Numbered from the stretch's first letter, positions 1 through 14,399 are shown. The stretch is 64,000 nucleotides of DNA from an uncultured Planctomycetota bacterium (GCA_963823665.1 CAWGMQ010000008.1:1792001-1856000); one strand, 5' to 3'. The notes: a model not told the origin generated them from the letters alone. Translations and numbers: made by a program.

Positions 1-26
1 GCCCGGCGGCATGAACAGGGCCTGCC

Positions 27-2892
<2,866 letters not shown>

Positions 2893-2924
2893 GATCCCGG
2901 CCCTTTTTCGCGCCGAGCACCCCG

Positions 2925-2997
2925 GGTCGGCCCGTCAGTCAATGCGCCATCAGCCGGCGGAAGGCACCGGGCTCACGAATCTTTTTCCTGCGAGATC
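2925..2997 (-). promoter_or_regulatory. Conserved upstream element of kinase gene, copy 1 (possible ECF-dependent promoter)
   Basis: Ungapped 73-nt match to 6981..7053 (59/73 identical by hand count); both copies lie just upstream of a kinase start codon. Confidence 0.55.
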
Positions 2998-3539
2998 TCC
3001 GTGCGCAGCCAGGCCCGCGCATACGCCCACCAGCGGTCGGCGGTCGTTGGTGAGATGCCCAGGACTTCGGCGGATGCGGCGAGGCTGAAGCCTCCGAATG
3101 CATGGAGCTTGAGGAGCTCTGCCTTCGCCGGCTCGATCGCGGCGAAACGTTCGAGGGCCTCATCCATGGCGAGCAGTCGTTCGTCGCGCTGGGGCGTTTC
3201 CAGGGCGTCGCCCTCGAGCTCGACGCGGCGGAGGCGTCCCCCGCGCTTGGCACGGCCCTTGCGACGGGCATTTTCCACGAGGATCCGACGCATCGCTTCG
3301 GAGGCCGCCACGAAGAAGTGTTTACGGTTGGCGAAGGTGCGGTCGGTCGAGGAGCCGACGAGGCGCATGTAGGCCTCATGCACCAGGCCCGTGGCATCGA
3401 GCGTCTGTCCGGGAGCTTCGCTCGCCATTCGCACCGCGGCGAGCCGGCGCAGCTCGTCGTAGACCAGGGGCAGAAGCTGCTGGGGCGCCCCGGTGTCGCC
3501 TTGCTCGACGGAGTAGAGGATGCGCGTGACGTCGTCCAT
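2973..3539 (-). CDS. ECF-type RNA polymerase sigma factor (planctomycete kinase-associated type)
   Basis: MDDVTRIL...LLPLVYDELRRLA...TLDATGLVHEAYMRL...AMRRILVENARRK; C-terminal HTH AEVLGISPTTADRWWAYARAWL. ATG at 3539 is more plausible than the track start. Confidence 0.92.
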   Translation of the reverse strand: MDDVTRILYSVEQGDTGAPQQLLPLVYDELRRLAAVRMASEAPGQTLDATGLVHEAYMRLVGSSTDRTFANRKHFFVAASEAMRRILVENARRKGRAKRGGRLRRVELEGDALETPQRDERLLAMDEALERFAAIEPAKAELLKLHAFGGFSLAASAEVLGISPTTADRWWAYARAWLRTEISQEKDS

Positions 3540-3726
3540 CGATTCGGCTGCCGACGGCCGCCCCTGAGGCATTCCCGACCGGAGCCCAGGCGGTGCCGGC
3601 CACCGGCGCCCCACCCCGGCCGGCATGCATTCGGCGACGGCTCGGCTCAAGCTTAACCGGCTGCTCCGGAAAAGGACAGCCACCCGACGTCCACGCCGGA
3701 CGGGGCGGCCGTCGCCGCCGTCGCAG

Positions 3727-6700
3727 TCATCTTTGAAGCCCGGGGGTGCGGGCGAACGGGTCGTCCGGCATGGCCAGGTCCATAAGCAGCAGGGCGAAGT
3801 CGGCCCGGTCCCGCAACGCCGCCAGGTCTGCTGTATCCCGGATTCGGGCCGTTTCTTCACGATAACCGGCAGCCACCGTGGCCTTGAGCGTGCCCATCGC
3901 CCGGTCGCGAGCGGCCTCAGCCTCGCGCGCGGCTGCCCTGCCGCCTTGGCCGTGAGCCGGCTCGGAGACAACGGACGCCAACAGAGCCAGCCCACATGCC
4001 TGATCGAATCGGGCCTCGAGGCTCAGGTCCGCGATCGCTTCCCGCACCGCCGCGGCCCGCCGCAAGGGCGCCTCCGCCTCGGCGCCGCGGCCGGCGCGGT
4101 GGAGGGCGCGGCCCAGCGCGGTCAGGGCGAACGCCAGACCACTGCCGTAGTCAGTGACTGCGGGATAATCCGCGGCTAGCCGCTCGTGCAGCGTCACGCT
4201 TTCGCGAAGGCGGTCGGCCGCCGCGCCAAGACGGCCGGCCTCGATGTCCAGGTTCCCGAGGTTAGCCAGGCTCTTGCCGATGTCCCTCCGCCAGCGGGGG
4301 TTGGCCGGTTCGGCCTCGCTCAGCCTGCGGTAGATCTCGAGCCCCGTGTGGTACTCAGCCTCGGCCTCCCGTCTTCGGTCCGTGTTCGAGAGCAGTTCGC
4401 CGAGATTGAGATGGCTGGTCGCCAGGCGAACCCGGAAGCCGGAGACCGCGGGGTGGTCGTCGGCCAGTTTCTGAAAGATCGCCAGCGCTTGGCGGTAGTC
4501 GGCCTCCGCTTCACGCGACCGGCCGATCTGGCTCAATGTGTGGCCAAGGTTCGAGTGGGTGGTCGCCAAGCGGCTACGGAAGTCGGAATCGGCAGGCTGG
4601 CGGTCCGAGAGCGCCTGGAAAACCGCCAGCGCCGCGCGGTACTCGGAGGCAGCCTCGCGAGCCCGGCCCGTGTCGGCTAGCGCGGCGCCGAAGTTGAGGT
4701 GGGCCGTCGCCAGCGAGCTCTGGAAGTCATCGACGCCGGGTTGCTCGGCGGCGAGTTTCCGCAGGATCGCCAGCGAGGCGCGGAACTCGGCCTCAGCTTC
4801 GCGCGGCCGGCCGGTCTTGTTAAAGAGGCAGCCGATCCAGTCATGCATATCCCCCAGCTCGCGCCGCGCCTCGCCCGGCGCTCCGGGGGCCGACGCCAAG
4901 GCCTCCTGGTCGCCCTGTGCAAGCCGGAAGACGGCCAGCGCCTCGTCGTTCTTGCCGCTCGAGTAGAGGAACCAGCCCATCCGCGACCGGCAGTCCGCCA
5001 GCATCGAGCGGGCCTGTGACGACTCTGCCGCCGGGCCGGCCAGCACGGCGTCGGCGTCACGGAAGGCTGCCAGCGCCTCGTCGGCCTTTCCCGTCTGCTG
5101 GAGGAGCCACGCGATGGCGACCAGGCTGCGGCCCGCCTCAGCTCGCACCGCTGCGGTGGCGCCCGGCGCTTCCGCCAGCACCCGCCGCGCCGCCAGGACC
5201 GACCGATGCGCCTGAATCGCGTCCTCGATGCGGCCGACATTCGACGTCAGCCCCGCTAGCTCGAAGTTGACTTGCGCCAGCTCCCGGCGCGAGGTGAAGT
5301 CGCGCTCTTCGCCCAAAAGCGCGGAGAGCTTGCCGTAGAAATCGGCGGCCGATTTCAGCAGGCGATTGCGCAGGACCTTGAACTGCTCTTCCCTGAGCAG
5401 GAAGTCTGCGCTCACTCCGGTGTGAAACGTCTTGATGGCTTCCGTCGCCAGCTCGTAGCGTGCCCGGACTTTCGCGCTGGCCGACGCCAGCTCAGAGTTC
5501 TTCGCCGCCAGCGCGGCGCGGGCCTGGGTCTGGACCACCGCAACAGCCCCCAGCCCTACCAAGAGCGCGAGTCCCGCCGCAGCGACGCCGGTCACGCCGG
5601 TGCGGTGGCGAGCCAGCCACCGCGTCAAGGTTCTCGACCAGGGCTCGCGGTAAGCCACGACCGGCTCGTCGGCCATCCAGCGCTCGACGTCATCCGCCAG
5701 TGCCCTGCATGATGCGTATCGGTCGACAGGTTTCGTCGCCATCGCCCTGGAGCACAGCGCCGCGAGCGCCGGATCGATCGAAGGCTCGAGGTGCCGAGGT
5801 GGCGGAAAATCACCGCCCTGCACCCGGCGGAGTAACTCGCCGACTTCGTCCCCTTGAAACGGCGGCTTTCCGGTCAGCAGGCAGAAGAGCGTTGCCCCGA
5901 GGCTGTAGACGTCCGAGCGCGGCCCGAGCTGGTCGAGGTCGCCGCTTGCCTGCTCGGGGCTCATGTACGAGGGCGTGCCCAGCGCGACGCCGGGAAGCGT
6001 CTCGGCGCTGCCACTGGCAGAAGGGGCTATGAGGGTCCGTTCGGCGGATGCGCTCCCCGGCTCGAAGTGGCCCAGCGGCTTGGCCAGTCCCCAATCGACC
6101 ACCAGCGTCTCGCCGTGCTTGCCGACGATGATGTTGCCCGGCTTGATGTCGCGGTGCAGCACGCCGCGCGAGTGGGCGTATTCGATCGCATTGCAGACAT
6201 CCGTGAACCGGCGCAAGAGCTTGCGTAACTCGAGCGAGCGCTCGCCGGGGTTTTTCTTGAGAGATTCGTCCGTGTGGAAGCGCTCGATCGCTTCTTTCAG
6301 ATTGTCGCCCTTGATGAACCGCATCGCATAGTAGGGGCGGCCGTCGGTGTAGGCGCCCAGCCCATAGACCGGCACGATCCCCGGATGCTCCAGCCCGCCG
6401 GTGATCTCGGCCTCGAGCAGGAAGCGGGTGCGGCTGGTCGCGTCGTCGGCGTGCTTTTCGAGGATCTGCTTGAGCGCCACCTCGCGATGCAGCTCCTCGT
6501 CGAGGGCGACGAAGACGGCGCCGAAGCCACCCCGGGCGTGGGGGCGGAGGACGCGGAACCGCTGGCCACCCGAGCTGGCCGTGCCGACAGCGTAGCTGGC
6601 CGTACGGTCGGCGCTGCCCTCGGAGCCGGAGTTGAGCTGTGTCAGCGTACGGTCGAGCTCGGGGTCGGCCAGCGCCCTGAGCGATTCGCGGGTGGAGGGG

Positions 6701-6942
6701 CCGGCGGGCATGGCGGCGAGGCTGCGCTCGAGATCGCGGTGTTTCTTCAGGTGCAGGCCCATCATCGCCTCGACGCCCAGGCGCTGCTCGGCGTCCAAGT
6801 CACCGCGCGCGACCAGATGATCGGCCAGCGGCCGGGCGCGGTCCCGGGTCCAGGCCTGGAAGGCGGCGACGAGCTGCACCTGGTCAATCAAGCCGTTCTG
6901 CAGCGCGAGCAGCCCGAAGAGAAGATTTTGATCAGCGGACAT
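3727..6942 (-). CDS. Hanks-type Ser/Thr protein kinase with C-terminal TPR repeats
   Basis: ARGGFGAV, VALK, HRDIKPGN, DWG, GTPSYMSPEQ motifs; TM helix; repeated TPR-like helices. Confidence 0.93.
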   Translation of the reverse strand: MSADQNLLFGLLALQNGLIDQVQLVAAFQAWTRDRARPLADHLVARGDLDAEQRLGVEAMMGLHLKKHRDLERSLAAMPAGPSTRESLRALADPELDRTLTQLNSGSEGSADRTASYAVGTASSGGQRFRVLRPHARGGFGAVFVALDEELHREVALKQILEKHADDATSRTRFLLEAEITGGLEHPGIVPVYGLGAYTDGRPYYAMRFIKGDNLKEAIERFHTDESLKKNPGERSLELRKLLRRFTDVCNAIEYAHSRGVLHRDIKPGNIIVGKHGETLVVDWGLAKPLGHFEPGSASAERTLIAPSASGSAETLPGVALGTPSYMSPEQASGDLDQLGPRSDVYSLGATLFCLLTGKPPFQGDEVGELLRRVQGGDFPPPRHLEPSIDPALAALCSRAMATKPVDRYASCRALADDVERWMADEPVVAYREPWSRTLTRWLARHRTGVTGVAAAGLALLVGLGAVAVVQTQARAALAAKNSELASASAKVRARYELATEAIKTFHTGVSADFLLREEQFKVLRNRLLKSAADFYGKLSALLGEERDFTSRRELAQVNFELAGLTSNVGRIEDAIQAHRSVLAARRVLAEAPGATAAVRAEAGRSLVAIAWLLQQTGKADEALAAFRDADAVLAGPAAESSQARSMLADCRSRMGWFLYSSGKNDEALAVFRLAQGDQEALASAPGAPGEARRELGDMHDWIGCLFNKTGRPREAEAEFRASLAILRKLAAEQPGVDDFQSSLATAHLNFGAALADTGRAREAASEYRAALAVFQALSDRQPADSDFRSRLATTHSNLGHTLSQIGRSREAEADYRQALAIFQKLADDHPAVSGFRVRLATSHLNLGELLSNTDRRREAEAEYHTGLEIYRRLSEAEPANPRWRRDIGKSLANLGNLDIEAGRLGAAADRLRESVTLHERLAADYPAVTDYGSGLAFALTALGRALHRAGRGAEAEAPLRRAAAVREAIADLSLEARFDQACGLALLASVVSEPAHGQGGRAAAREAEAARDRAMGTLKATVAAGYREETARIRDTADLAALRDRADFALLLMDLAMPDDPFARTPGLQR

Positions 6943-6980
6943 GGCTGCGGCTCCCCGGCGCCTTGCGCACCAGCGTCATT

Positions 6981-7053
6981 GGTCGGCCCGTCATTCAATG
7001 CGCCATCAGGCGGTGGAAAGCACCGCGGCCGCGCATCATTTTGTGGCAAGATC
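6981..7053 (-). promoter_or_regulatory. Conserved upstream element of kinase gene, copy 2
   Basis: Matches 2925..2997; begins about 39 nt upstream of the ATG at 6942. Confidence 0.55.
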
Positions 7054-7239
7054 GGCGGAGGCGGCTCGCCCGTTGCGGGCTGGGCGAGAGGCCGAATCGC
7101 GAAAAACTGGGGCAGCGCTGGGGTAATTTCCGGCCAGATGGCGCTTTGTGGTTAGAAGCACTTCACGATTCCAAATGCGTGGCCCGTCGCGGTTGGGTGA
7201 CCCGGTTCGCCGTGCCGCTTGGAACAAGGGGGGTGAGCG

Positions 7240-8451
7240 ATGTCTGTCTTCGGCAGGCAACAACAACGCAATGACAGACGGAAGGCAAATCGGTGGATCG
7301 AGTTGGAGCTGCTCGAGTCGCGGGTCGCGCTCAGCACGTTTCGGGTCAACACTCTGCTCGACACCGTGGCCGTGAACTTGAAGACGGGTCAGGACGCTTC
7401 GGGCCACATTTCGCTGCGCTCGGCGATCATGGCGGCCAACGCCAAGCCCGACCCCGACACGATCATTCTGCCGGCGGGCACGTTCACGCTGACCATTCCT
7501 GAAGCGGGAGATGACGACGATTCGACGGGCGATCTCGACATCGACACCAACGTGACGATCAAAGGCAAAGGCGCCGGCGCGACCATCATCGATGGAAACT
7601 TTCTGGACCGAGATTTCCACATCTTCAGCGGCAAGGTCACGATTTCGGGCGTCACGATCGAGCATGGGAATGCATCTGACGGCGACGGAGGCGGAATTCT
7701 CAACTCGGGGGGCAAGGTCACGCTCTCTTCGGTGGATGTCGTGGACAACGTCGCGCGCGGCTTCGGCTACTCCAAGGGGACCGGGAGCAGCGGAGCAGCC
7801 CCCGCCGGTAAGGACGGACTTCCTGGAGGCAACGGCTCCGGCGGTGGGATTTTCAACGCGGCCGGCTCGCTCACGATCATGAATAGTTTGATCAAGTCTA
7901 ACTCGGCGATCGGAGGTAACGGCGAGATCGGCGGTGAGGGGCTGGACGTCACCGGTGCCAACGGTAAGACGGGCCAGAGCGGGCAAGCCGCTTCCGGCGC
8001 CGGGGGTGGCAGCGGGGGTGAAGGGGGGCAAGCGTTTGGTGGCGGCAACGTTTCCGGAGGCAACGGCGGCGCGAGCGGCCTTGGGGGCTCGGCCTATGGA
8101 GGTGGCTTCGCCGACGACGGAATCGTCACACTCAACCCGCGTCTCGGGGCCAAGAAACGGTCGAATCAAGCCAAGGCGACCGACACCGTCACGGCGAACT
8201 TCGCCAACGGAGGGCAGGCAGGTCCAGGAGGTGACGCAGGGGGCACAATCCCCGGGGGCGGAGGGGCACCCTCCGGGTCGGGAGGCCGAGTCGTCACCGC
8301 CGGCGAGCGTGGCTCGGTGAAGGACGGTGGTGTTGGAAGCGGCGGCGGCGCGGCGGTCGACAGCGACACAACTTATGCTAATACAAACATTACAGGTAAC
8401 CACGCATCGACGAGTGATCCAGAGGTGAACACCGATATCAACGGGCCGTGA
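7240..8451 (+). CDS. Gly-rich extracellular protein with CSLREA-like motif and beta-helix-like repeats
   Basis: N-terminal LELLESRVALS motif, ISLRSAIMAAN, GDLDI, repeated GGGI(L/F)N motifs. Confidence 0.75.
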   Translation: MSVFGRQQQRNDRRKANRWIELELLESRVALSTFRVNTLLDTVAVNLKTGQDASGHISLRSAIMAANAKPDPDTIILPAGTFTLTIPEAGDDDDSTGDLDIDTNVTIKGKGAGATIIDGNFLDRDFHIFSGKVTISGVTIEHGNASDGDGGGILNSGGKVTLSSVDVVDNVARGFGYSKGTGSSGAAPAGKDGLPGGNGSGGGIFNAAGSLTIMNSLIKSNSAIGGNGEIGGEGLDVTGANGKTGQSGQAASGAGGGSGGEGGQAFGGGNVSGGNGGASGLGGSAYGGGFADDGIVTLNPRLGAKKRSNQAKATDTVTANFANGGQAGPGGDAGGTIPGGGGAPSGSGGRVVTAGERGSVKDGGVGSGGGAAVDSDTTYANTNITGNHASTSDPEVNTDINGP

Positions 8452-8595
8452 CAGCCAGAACAGGGGGCGACCTCGCGGTTCAGACGAGCCGGCGGGGACG
8501 GTGCGCCCAGTGAGAATCACCTGACTCCAGAGGGGCTCGTGGGGCCCGCAACACTTTTGTTTTCCCGAGTCGCTTCTGTTTTGGAGGTCATCGCC

Positions 8596-11098
8596 ATGCT
8601 CGCACTGCCATTTCGATCACAATCGAACCGCAAGCCGAATCGGTCGAAGTCGTGCCGGCCACGAATCGAATGGATGGAGCCGAGGACGCTGCTCTCGGCC
8701 GTCACCTGGACGGGCGGCGGCGGTGACAACAACTGGGACACCGCCGGCGAACTGGAGCACAGACAGCGTCCCGGGATCGGGCGACGACGTCACGATCGAC
8801 ATCGCCGCGAACGTCGTTCACTCGAATAACGTCACCGACTCGATCAACAGCCTCACCTCGACGGAACCGCTGACGATCTCGGGCGGCACGCTCTCGATCG
8901 CCGCGGCGTCGACGATCGACAACACCCTCTCGCTCACCGGTGGCACGCTCACCGGCACGGGTGACGTGAGCGTCAGCGGCCTTGTGACTCTGACTACCGG
9001 CACACTTTCCGGGGGAAGCGCGCTCAATGCCAACGGTGGGATGCTGATCAACGCGCCGACCCAGGGCTTGAACTTCGACGGCCGCACGATCAATAACCCA
9101 GCCGGCCAGACCGTCATGTGGAACTCGCCCGGCAACAGCAACATCCTGGTTTCGGATGACACCGTCTTCAACAATCTGGGCACGTTCACGGCCAGCGGCA
9201 ACGGGTCTTACAACGAAGCGGGGGCCGGCGACAATTCCTCGTTTAACAACATGGGGACCTTGACCAGCTCGGGATTGCCGGGATATCACCGTGCCGTTCA
9301 ATATGGTCGGCGGGTCGCTCGACGTGACGGGTGACGGCAGTGTCAGCCTCCAGAGCGGGACGAGCACCGGCGGCGCGTTCAACATCGCGTCCGGAGCGAG
9401 TCTCGGATTGGGCAGCACATTCACCGGATACTCCGTCGACCCGACCACAACCATCAGCGGGACCGGCAGCCTGAGCGTCGGTGCGAACCCCACAATGGTC
9501 TTGCCCGCAAACTACAGCTTCGCTGGTTCCACGAAGTGTCTTCAGCGGCGTGCTCCAGGTTGACGGCTCACTGATCGGCAGCCGGAATCAATGTCTCGGG
9601 CGGCACCTTGAGCGGGACCGGGACGGTCGGCGCGATGTCCGTCGAAGAGGCGGAGGTGAGTCCGGGTGACGGCGGTGGCCCCGGAATCCTGAACGTTCAG
9701 GGACCGGTCGATTTCGCGGGGAATTTCGACGATGAAGAAGGGCAAGAGTTTTCCACGTTCACGGTGCAACTCAATGGCCCGACACCGGGAACCGGCTACA
9801 GCCAGCTCAATGTCAGCCGGGGCGGTCGATCTGGCAGAGTGTTCTCTCGAACCCGTCGCTCGGGTTCACGCCCACAAGCGGTGAACAATTCACGATCATC
9901 AAGAGCACCGCACCGATCGTCGGGACGTTTGATGGGCTTCCCGAGGGCGCCTCGTTAACGATCGGCAATACGCCGTTCACGATCAGCTATCACGGCGGGG
10001 ATGGCGACGATGTCGTGCTGACCCAGGCGACACGCGGCCGCGCCGACGGTCACCGGCATCAGCCCGAGCAGCGGGCCGGCGGCCGGCGGCACTCTGGTGA
10101 CGATCACCGGCACGGCTTCACCGGCGCCACGGCCGTCGACTTCGGCACGAGCCCGGCGACGGGCGTGACCGTGGTCAACGCCACCACGATCACCGCCGAC
10201 AGCCCGGCGGGCAGCGGCGCGGTCGACGTGACCGTGATCGACCCCCGGCGGCACGTCGGCCACCTCGACCGCCGACCAGTTCACGTACACCGCGGTCGCC
10301 GCGCCGACGGTCACGGGAATCAGCCCGAACAGCGGGCCCGCGGCCGGCGGCACTCTGGTGACGATCACCGGAACCGGGTTCACCGGCGCCACGGCCGTCG
10401 ACTTCGGCACGACGGCGGCGACGGGCGTCACCGTGGTGAACGGCACCACGATCACGGCCGACAGCCCGGCGGGCACCGGCGTCGCCAACGTGACCGTGAT
10501 CACTCCGGGCGGCACATCGGCCGACGTCGCCCGCCGATCAGTTCACGTACGTTGCCGCTTCACCGACGGTCGTCTCTGTGTCACGCTTTGGCTTTCATAT
10601 GCAGCCAACGTCCGTGGTCCTGACCTTCAGCTCGGCGCTTGATCCGACGCGGGCTGATGACGTGAACAATTATCAGTTTGTGACGATGGGTGGGCGGGGG
10701 AAGAACGGAAATCTGATCGGCCACGTCACCCGTGTCAGGGCCGCGGTTTACGACCCGGCGACGCTCACCGTGACGCTCTATCCGAGCAGCCGGCTCAATA
10801 TCCACAACGTGTATCGACTCACGGTGAACGGCAAGACATCGAAGGGGCTGATGGGCGCAACGGGCGTTCCGCTCGATAGCCAGGGCAAGGGCACGCCGGC
10901 GCGAACTATGTCCGGTTGATCACCGGGAAGCTGCTGGCGGGTCCGGCGCCGTCGCTGCCGGCAGCTCAACGAAAGAGGCTGGCCGCGTACCTTCGGCAGA
11001 TTGACGGCCGTTCCGCCTCGGGTGTCGATGCGGGATCGGCCTCCGGGAAGTTGGACGCCAGGGTGAACGCGGTGCGAATCCAGGGGGGACAGACGTGA
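8596..11098 (+). CDS. Large extracellular/surface protein with beta-strand repeats and two IPT/TIG domains (several apparent frameshifts)
   Basis: Starts MLALPF...IEWMEPRTLLSAVTWTGGGGDNNW after GGAGG. Fragments 8723-9334, 9291-9563, 9608-9958, 10358-10642, 10578-10919 and 10916-11098 read as one protein. Duplicated PTVTGISP.SGPAAGGTLVTITG unit near 10038 and 10298. Confidence 0.75.
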
Positions 11099-11183
11099 CG
11101 ATCCGCGCGAGGTGAGAGGGGCCGGTGTCTCGCAGTGAGGGTGGCGCGAAGGCATCTGGAAGATGCGATCGACGAACGAGAAT

Positions 11184-11293
11184 GCAAAGAGTGGCTCACG
11201 CGAAGGCGCAACGGCGCAAAGAAGAAAAGGCGCGAATCGACAGACAGACCGAGGGCGAGGGCACGCGTCGCGATTCGGGCTTGGAAGGTGATG
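11184..11293 (+). repeat. 110-bp intergenic direct repeat, copy 1
   Basis: gcaaagagtggctcacgc...ggcgcaacggcgcaaagaagaaaagg...agacagaccgagggcgagggcacg...ttcgggcttgga.ggtgatg recurs at 14290..14399. Confidence 0.9.
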
Positions 11294-11513
11294 CACTGCC
11301 GACTTGTGGCAAGAGTGCGATGCATGTCCTCGTTATTCCGAATCGGGTTCGACCGGATCTCTGAAGGCGATAATCGGTTCCTGAGAGGATCTTCTGGACG
11401 GTGGAAGTCACCTTCGCCCGGGAGTGGGCGAAATGCTATGATGACGTGTGCCGGGAAAGCCGTTTTCGGTTCCTGGCACCTTTTCCCGGTTCCCTCAGCT
11501 CACGAGCCCCGCG

Positions 11514-13333
11514 ATGATCAACGAAACACACCGTGCGCTGGCCGCCTTGGTGGGCCTGTGCGCCTTCATGCCGGGAAACGCCCTCGGCGGCCCCGTCTCG
11601 GCGGCGAACACGACCGTGTTCGGCCCGAACGTCTATGTCTTCGACACGAGCATGCCGCCCGCGGACATCCAGGGCACCGCCGCCGGGATCTTCTCGAAGA
11701 TGGAGTCCAACCAGTTTGGCCCGGCGCGGTTCGCGCTGCTCTTCAAGCCGGGGAAGTACAACGTGACCTTTGACGTCGGCTTCTACACGCAGGTGGCGGG
11801 GCTGGGGCGGAGCCCGGACGACGTCCGCATCGACGGGGGTGTGAACGTCAATGCCCGGTGGATGCCTAACGCCAACGCGACGTGCAACTTCTGGCGGGCG
11901 CTGGAAAACTTCGCCGTCACTCCTTCGGCGACCAAGGGCATCACGCGGATCGCCGTCTCCCAGGCTGCTCCCCTGAGGCGTCTTCACGTCAAGGGGGATC
12001 TGCATCTGTTCGACTTCAACGCGAGGGGGAACGCGGGCTGGGCCAGCGGCGGTTTCCTGGCCGACTCGGTCGTGGACGGGAAGGTCGTCCCCGCCTCGCA
12101 GCAGCAATGGCTTTCTCGCAACAGCAAGTGGTCCGAGTGGAGCAACGGGGTCTGGAACATGGTGTTCGTGGGCTGCTCCAACGTCCCGGCCGGAGTCTTT
12201 CCCGACCCGCCCTACACCGTGGTCAGACAGACGCCCATCATCCGCGAGAAGCCCTACCTCTACGTCGATCGCTCCGGCCAATACTTTGTCTTCGTCCCGT
12301 CGTTGCGGAGAAACACCCAAGGCGTCAGTTGGGCCGACGGCCCCACGCCGGGAACCTCCATTCCGATCGACCGGTTTTACATCGCGCAACCCCCGACGGC
12401 CAGCGCCGCCAAGATCAACGCCGCCCTGGCGGCTGGCAGGCACATCCTCATCACCCCGGGTGTTTACTCGCTCGACGACTCATTGAAGGTCACCAAGGCC
12501 AACACCATCATCCTCGGGCTCGGTGTCCCCTCGCTTGTTCCGACGAACGGCTTGCCGGCTATCTCGGTTGCCGACGTGGATGGCGTGACCATCGCCGGCC
12601 TGATCGTCGATGCCGGTGTGGTCAAGTCCGCCACGCTCCTGGAGGTGGGCCCCGCGGGGGGCAAGGCTGATCATTCAGCCAACCCCACCTTCCTCTACGA
12701 CCTGACAGTACGAACCGGCGGCCCGAGGCCGGGCAAGAATGACGTGGGAATCACCATCAACAGCGATGACGTCGTGGCGGATCAGATATGGTTGTGGCGC
12801 GCGGACCACGGCGCGGCGCCGCCTGGACCACGAACCCCACGAAGAACGGCCTGGTCGTCAATGGCAACGAAGTGACAGTCTACGGCCTGTTCAATGAGCA
12901 CCACGAGGAATACCAGACCCTGTGGAACGGCGACGGCGGGCGTGTCTACTTCTACCAGTCCGAGATGCCTTACGACGTGCCCAACCAGTCCTCCTGGATG
13001 AGCGGCAAGACAAACGGCTACGCGTCATACAAGGTTGCCGACACCGTGACGGGCCACGAGGCGTGGGGCGTCGGCGTCTACGCCTATTTCCGCGATGCGG
13101 CAGTAAGGGCCGACAGCGCCATCGAAGCCCCCGCGGTCGGGGGCGTCAAGTTCCATAACTTGACGACCGTCTGGCTCAATGGCCGGGCCGGCAGCGAGAT
13201 TACCCACATCATCAACCGCAGCGGTGGCCGGGTTCACGCCAACTCGCCCGCCGGAGCGATGCGGCAGACCTTTCGTGAATTCGCGGGCACGCCACCGGGT
13301 GGTGGCGCGACGAGTGGCACAAAGCAGCGCTAA
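11514..13333 (+). CDS. Secreted GH55-family exo-beta-1,3-glucanase-like protein (apparent frameshift near 12815)
   Basis: Signal peptide; FGPNVYVFD, LLFKPGKY, GFYTQVAGLG, NFWRALEN, WLWRADHG, YFYQSEMPYD motifs typical of bacterial GH55. Confidence 0.8.
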
Positions 13334-13362
13334 TTCGATAGGATGCGTTACTTCTCGCCGAT

Positions 13363-14070
13363 TCAGGGCATGCCCGCAAGCTTGTATAGCGCCCAGCCCT
13401 CGGGGGTCGATCGGAACTCGTAACGACCGCCGGGCGAGATCCGATACCGGCGCTGGCCGATCGATCCGCCGGCGTCGTAGGTGATGTGCGAGTCGGCGGT
13501 CACGGGCAAGTCCTGGCGCGAGCCGCCGGCGGCCTGATAGGTGATGCCATCGATGGAGAAGGCGACGCCGGCCCCCGCCGGCTCGGCATTGACGATCGTG
13601 ACCGGGATCGTCGGGGCGGCGACCATCATTGCCGGGGTCGGGAGAGACTGCCGGGGGTAGGGAGATGGTATCGGGTGGGTGGCCTGAGCGATGAAGGCGC
13701 ACGACACTTCATCGGTGCGGATCGGGTAAAAGCAAGGGTATTGGCGCGAGTTCCACCGGGCGAGCCATTCGTGGATCGCGATGCGATACTTGACGTTGTC
13801 GATCTGATGGATGTCGTGTTCCACGGCGGCCATGTCGCCGCTCTGGGCATCGAGCATGAGCTTGGCCTGGAGCTTTTCGAAACGCCACTGCGCGTGCGCC
13901 TCGTTCAGAATGTCATACTCAGCCCCGGTGATCACGGCTCTGCAGAAGCCTGGATGTTCTCGGGGCGGGCCCGGGTCGACGCCGATTTGCGCGGCGGCGG
14001 GCGTTGACGAGAGCAGTGCGACCACAAGGGCCGCCCCAGCGATCGAGCCTCGGCAGTGGAGCCTGGACAT
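13363..14070 (-). CDS. Hypothetical secreted protein
   Basis: Signal-peptide-like N-terminus, GGAG upstream, helical N-part, Pro-rich linker, beta-rich C-terminus. Confidence 0.7.
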   Translation of the reverse strand: MSRLHCRGSIAGAALVVALLSSTPAAAQIGVDPGPPREHPGFCRAVITGAEYDILNEAHAQWRFEKLQAKLMLDAQSGDMAAVEHDIHQIDNVKYRIAIHEWLARWNSRQYPCFYPIRTDEVSCAFIAQATHPIPSPYPRQSLPTPAMMVAAPTIPVTIVNAEPAGAGVAFSIDGITYQAAGGSRQDLPVTADSHITYDAGGSIGQRRYRISPGGRYEFRSTPEGWALYKLAGMP

Positions 14071-14289
14071 GCGTTTTCTCCGCCATCGAGTCCATTCGAT
14101 ATCTCCGACGGGAGTTTACCACACGAATTGGGGGGCGGCGCGGACGATGGCGATTTGGGCTGGACTGGCGACGGGCGCGGATTTGAGTCCGCGCCGATCA
14201 CATGTGCGGATCGTATTGAAAGAGGGCTCTGAGAAGAATGGCGAGGATCTCGCGGTCGCGGATTCCGGGCCGACGTTCCGGGCTATGCC

Positions 14290-14399
14290 GCAAAGAGTGG
14301 CTCACGCAACGGCGCAACGGCGCAAAGAAGAAAAGGCCAGAGGCGATAGACAGACCGAGGGCGAGGGCACGGGACGGGGTTCGGGCTTGGACGGTGATG
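14290..14399 (+). repeat. 110-bp intergenic direct repeat, copy 2
   Basis: Same length and orientation as 11184..11293, with long identical blocks. Confidence 0.9.

Noticed and set aside
2973..3995. ECF sigma with a 150-aa N-terminal extension, as in the ORF track
   Set aside because: The extension overlaps the upstream kinase gene and is low-complexity; the family-typical start is at 3539.
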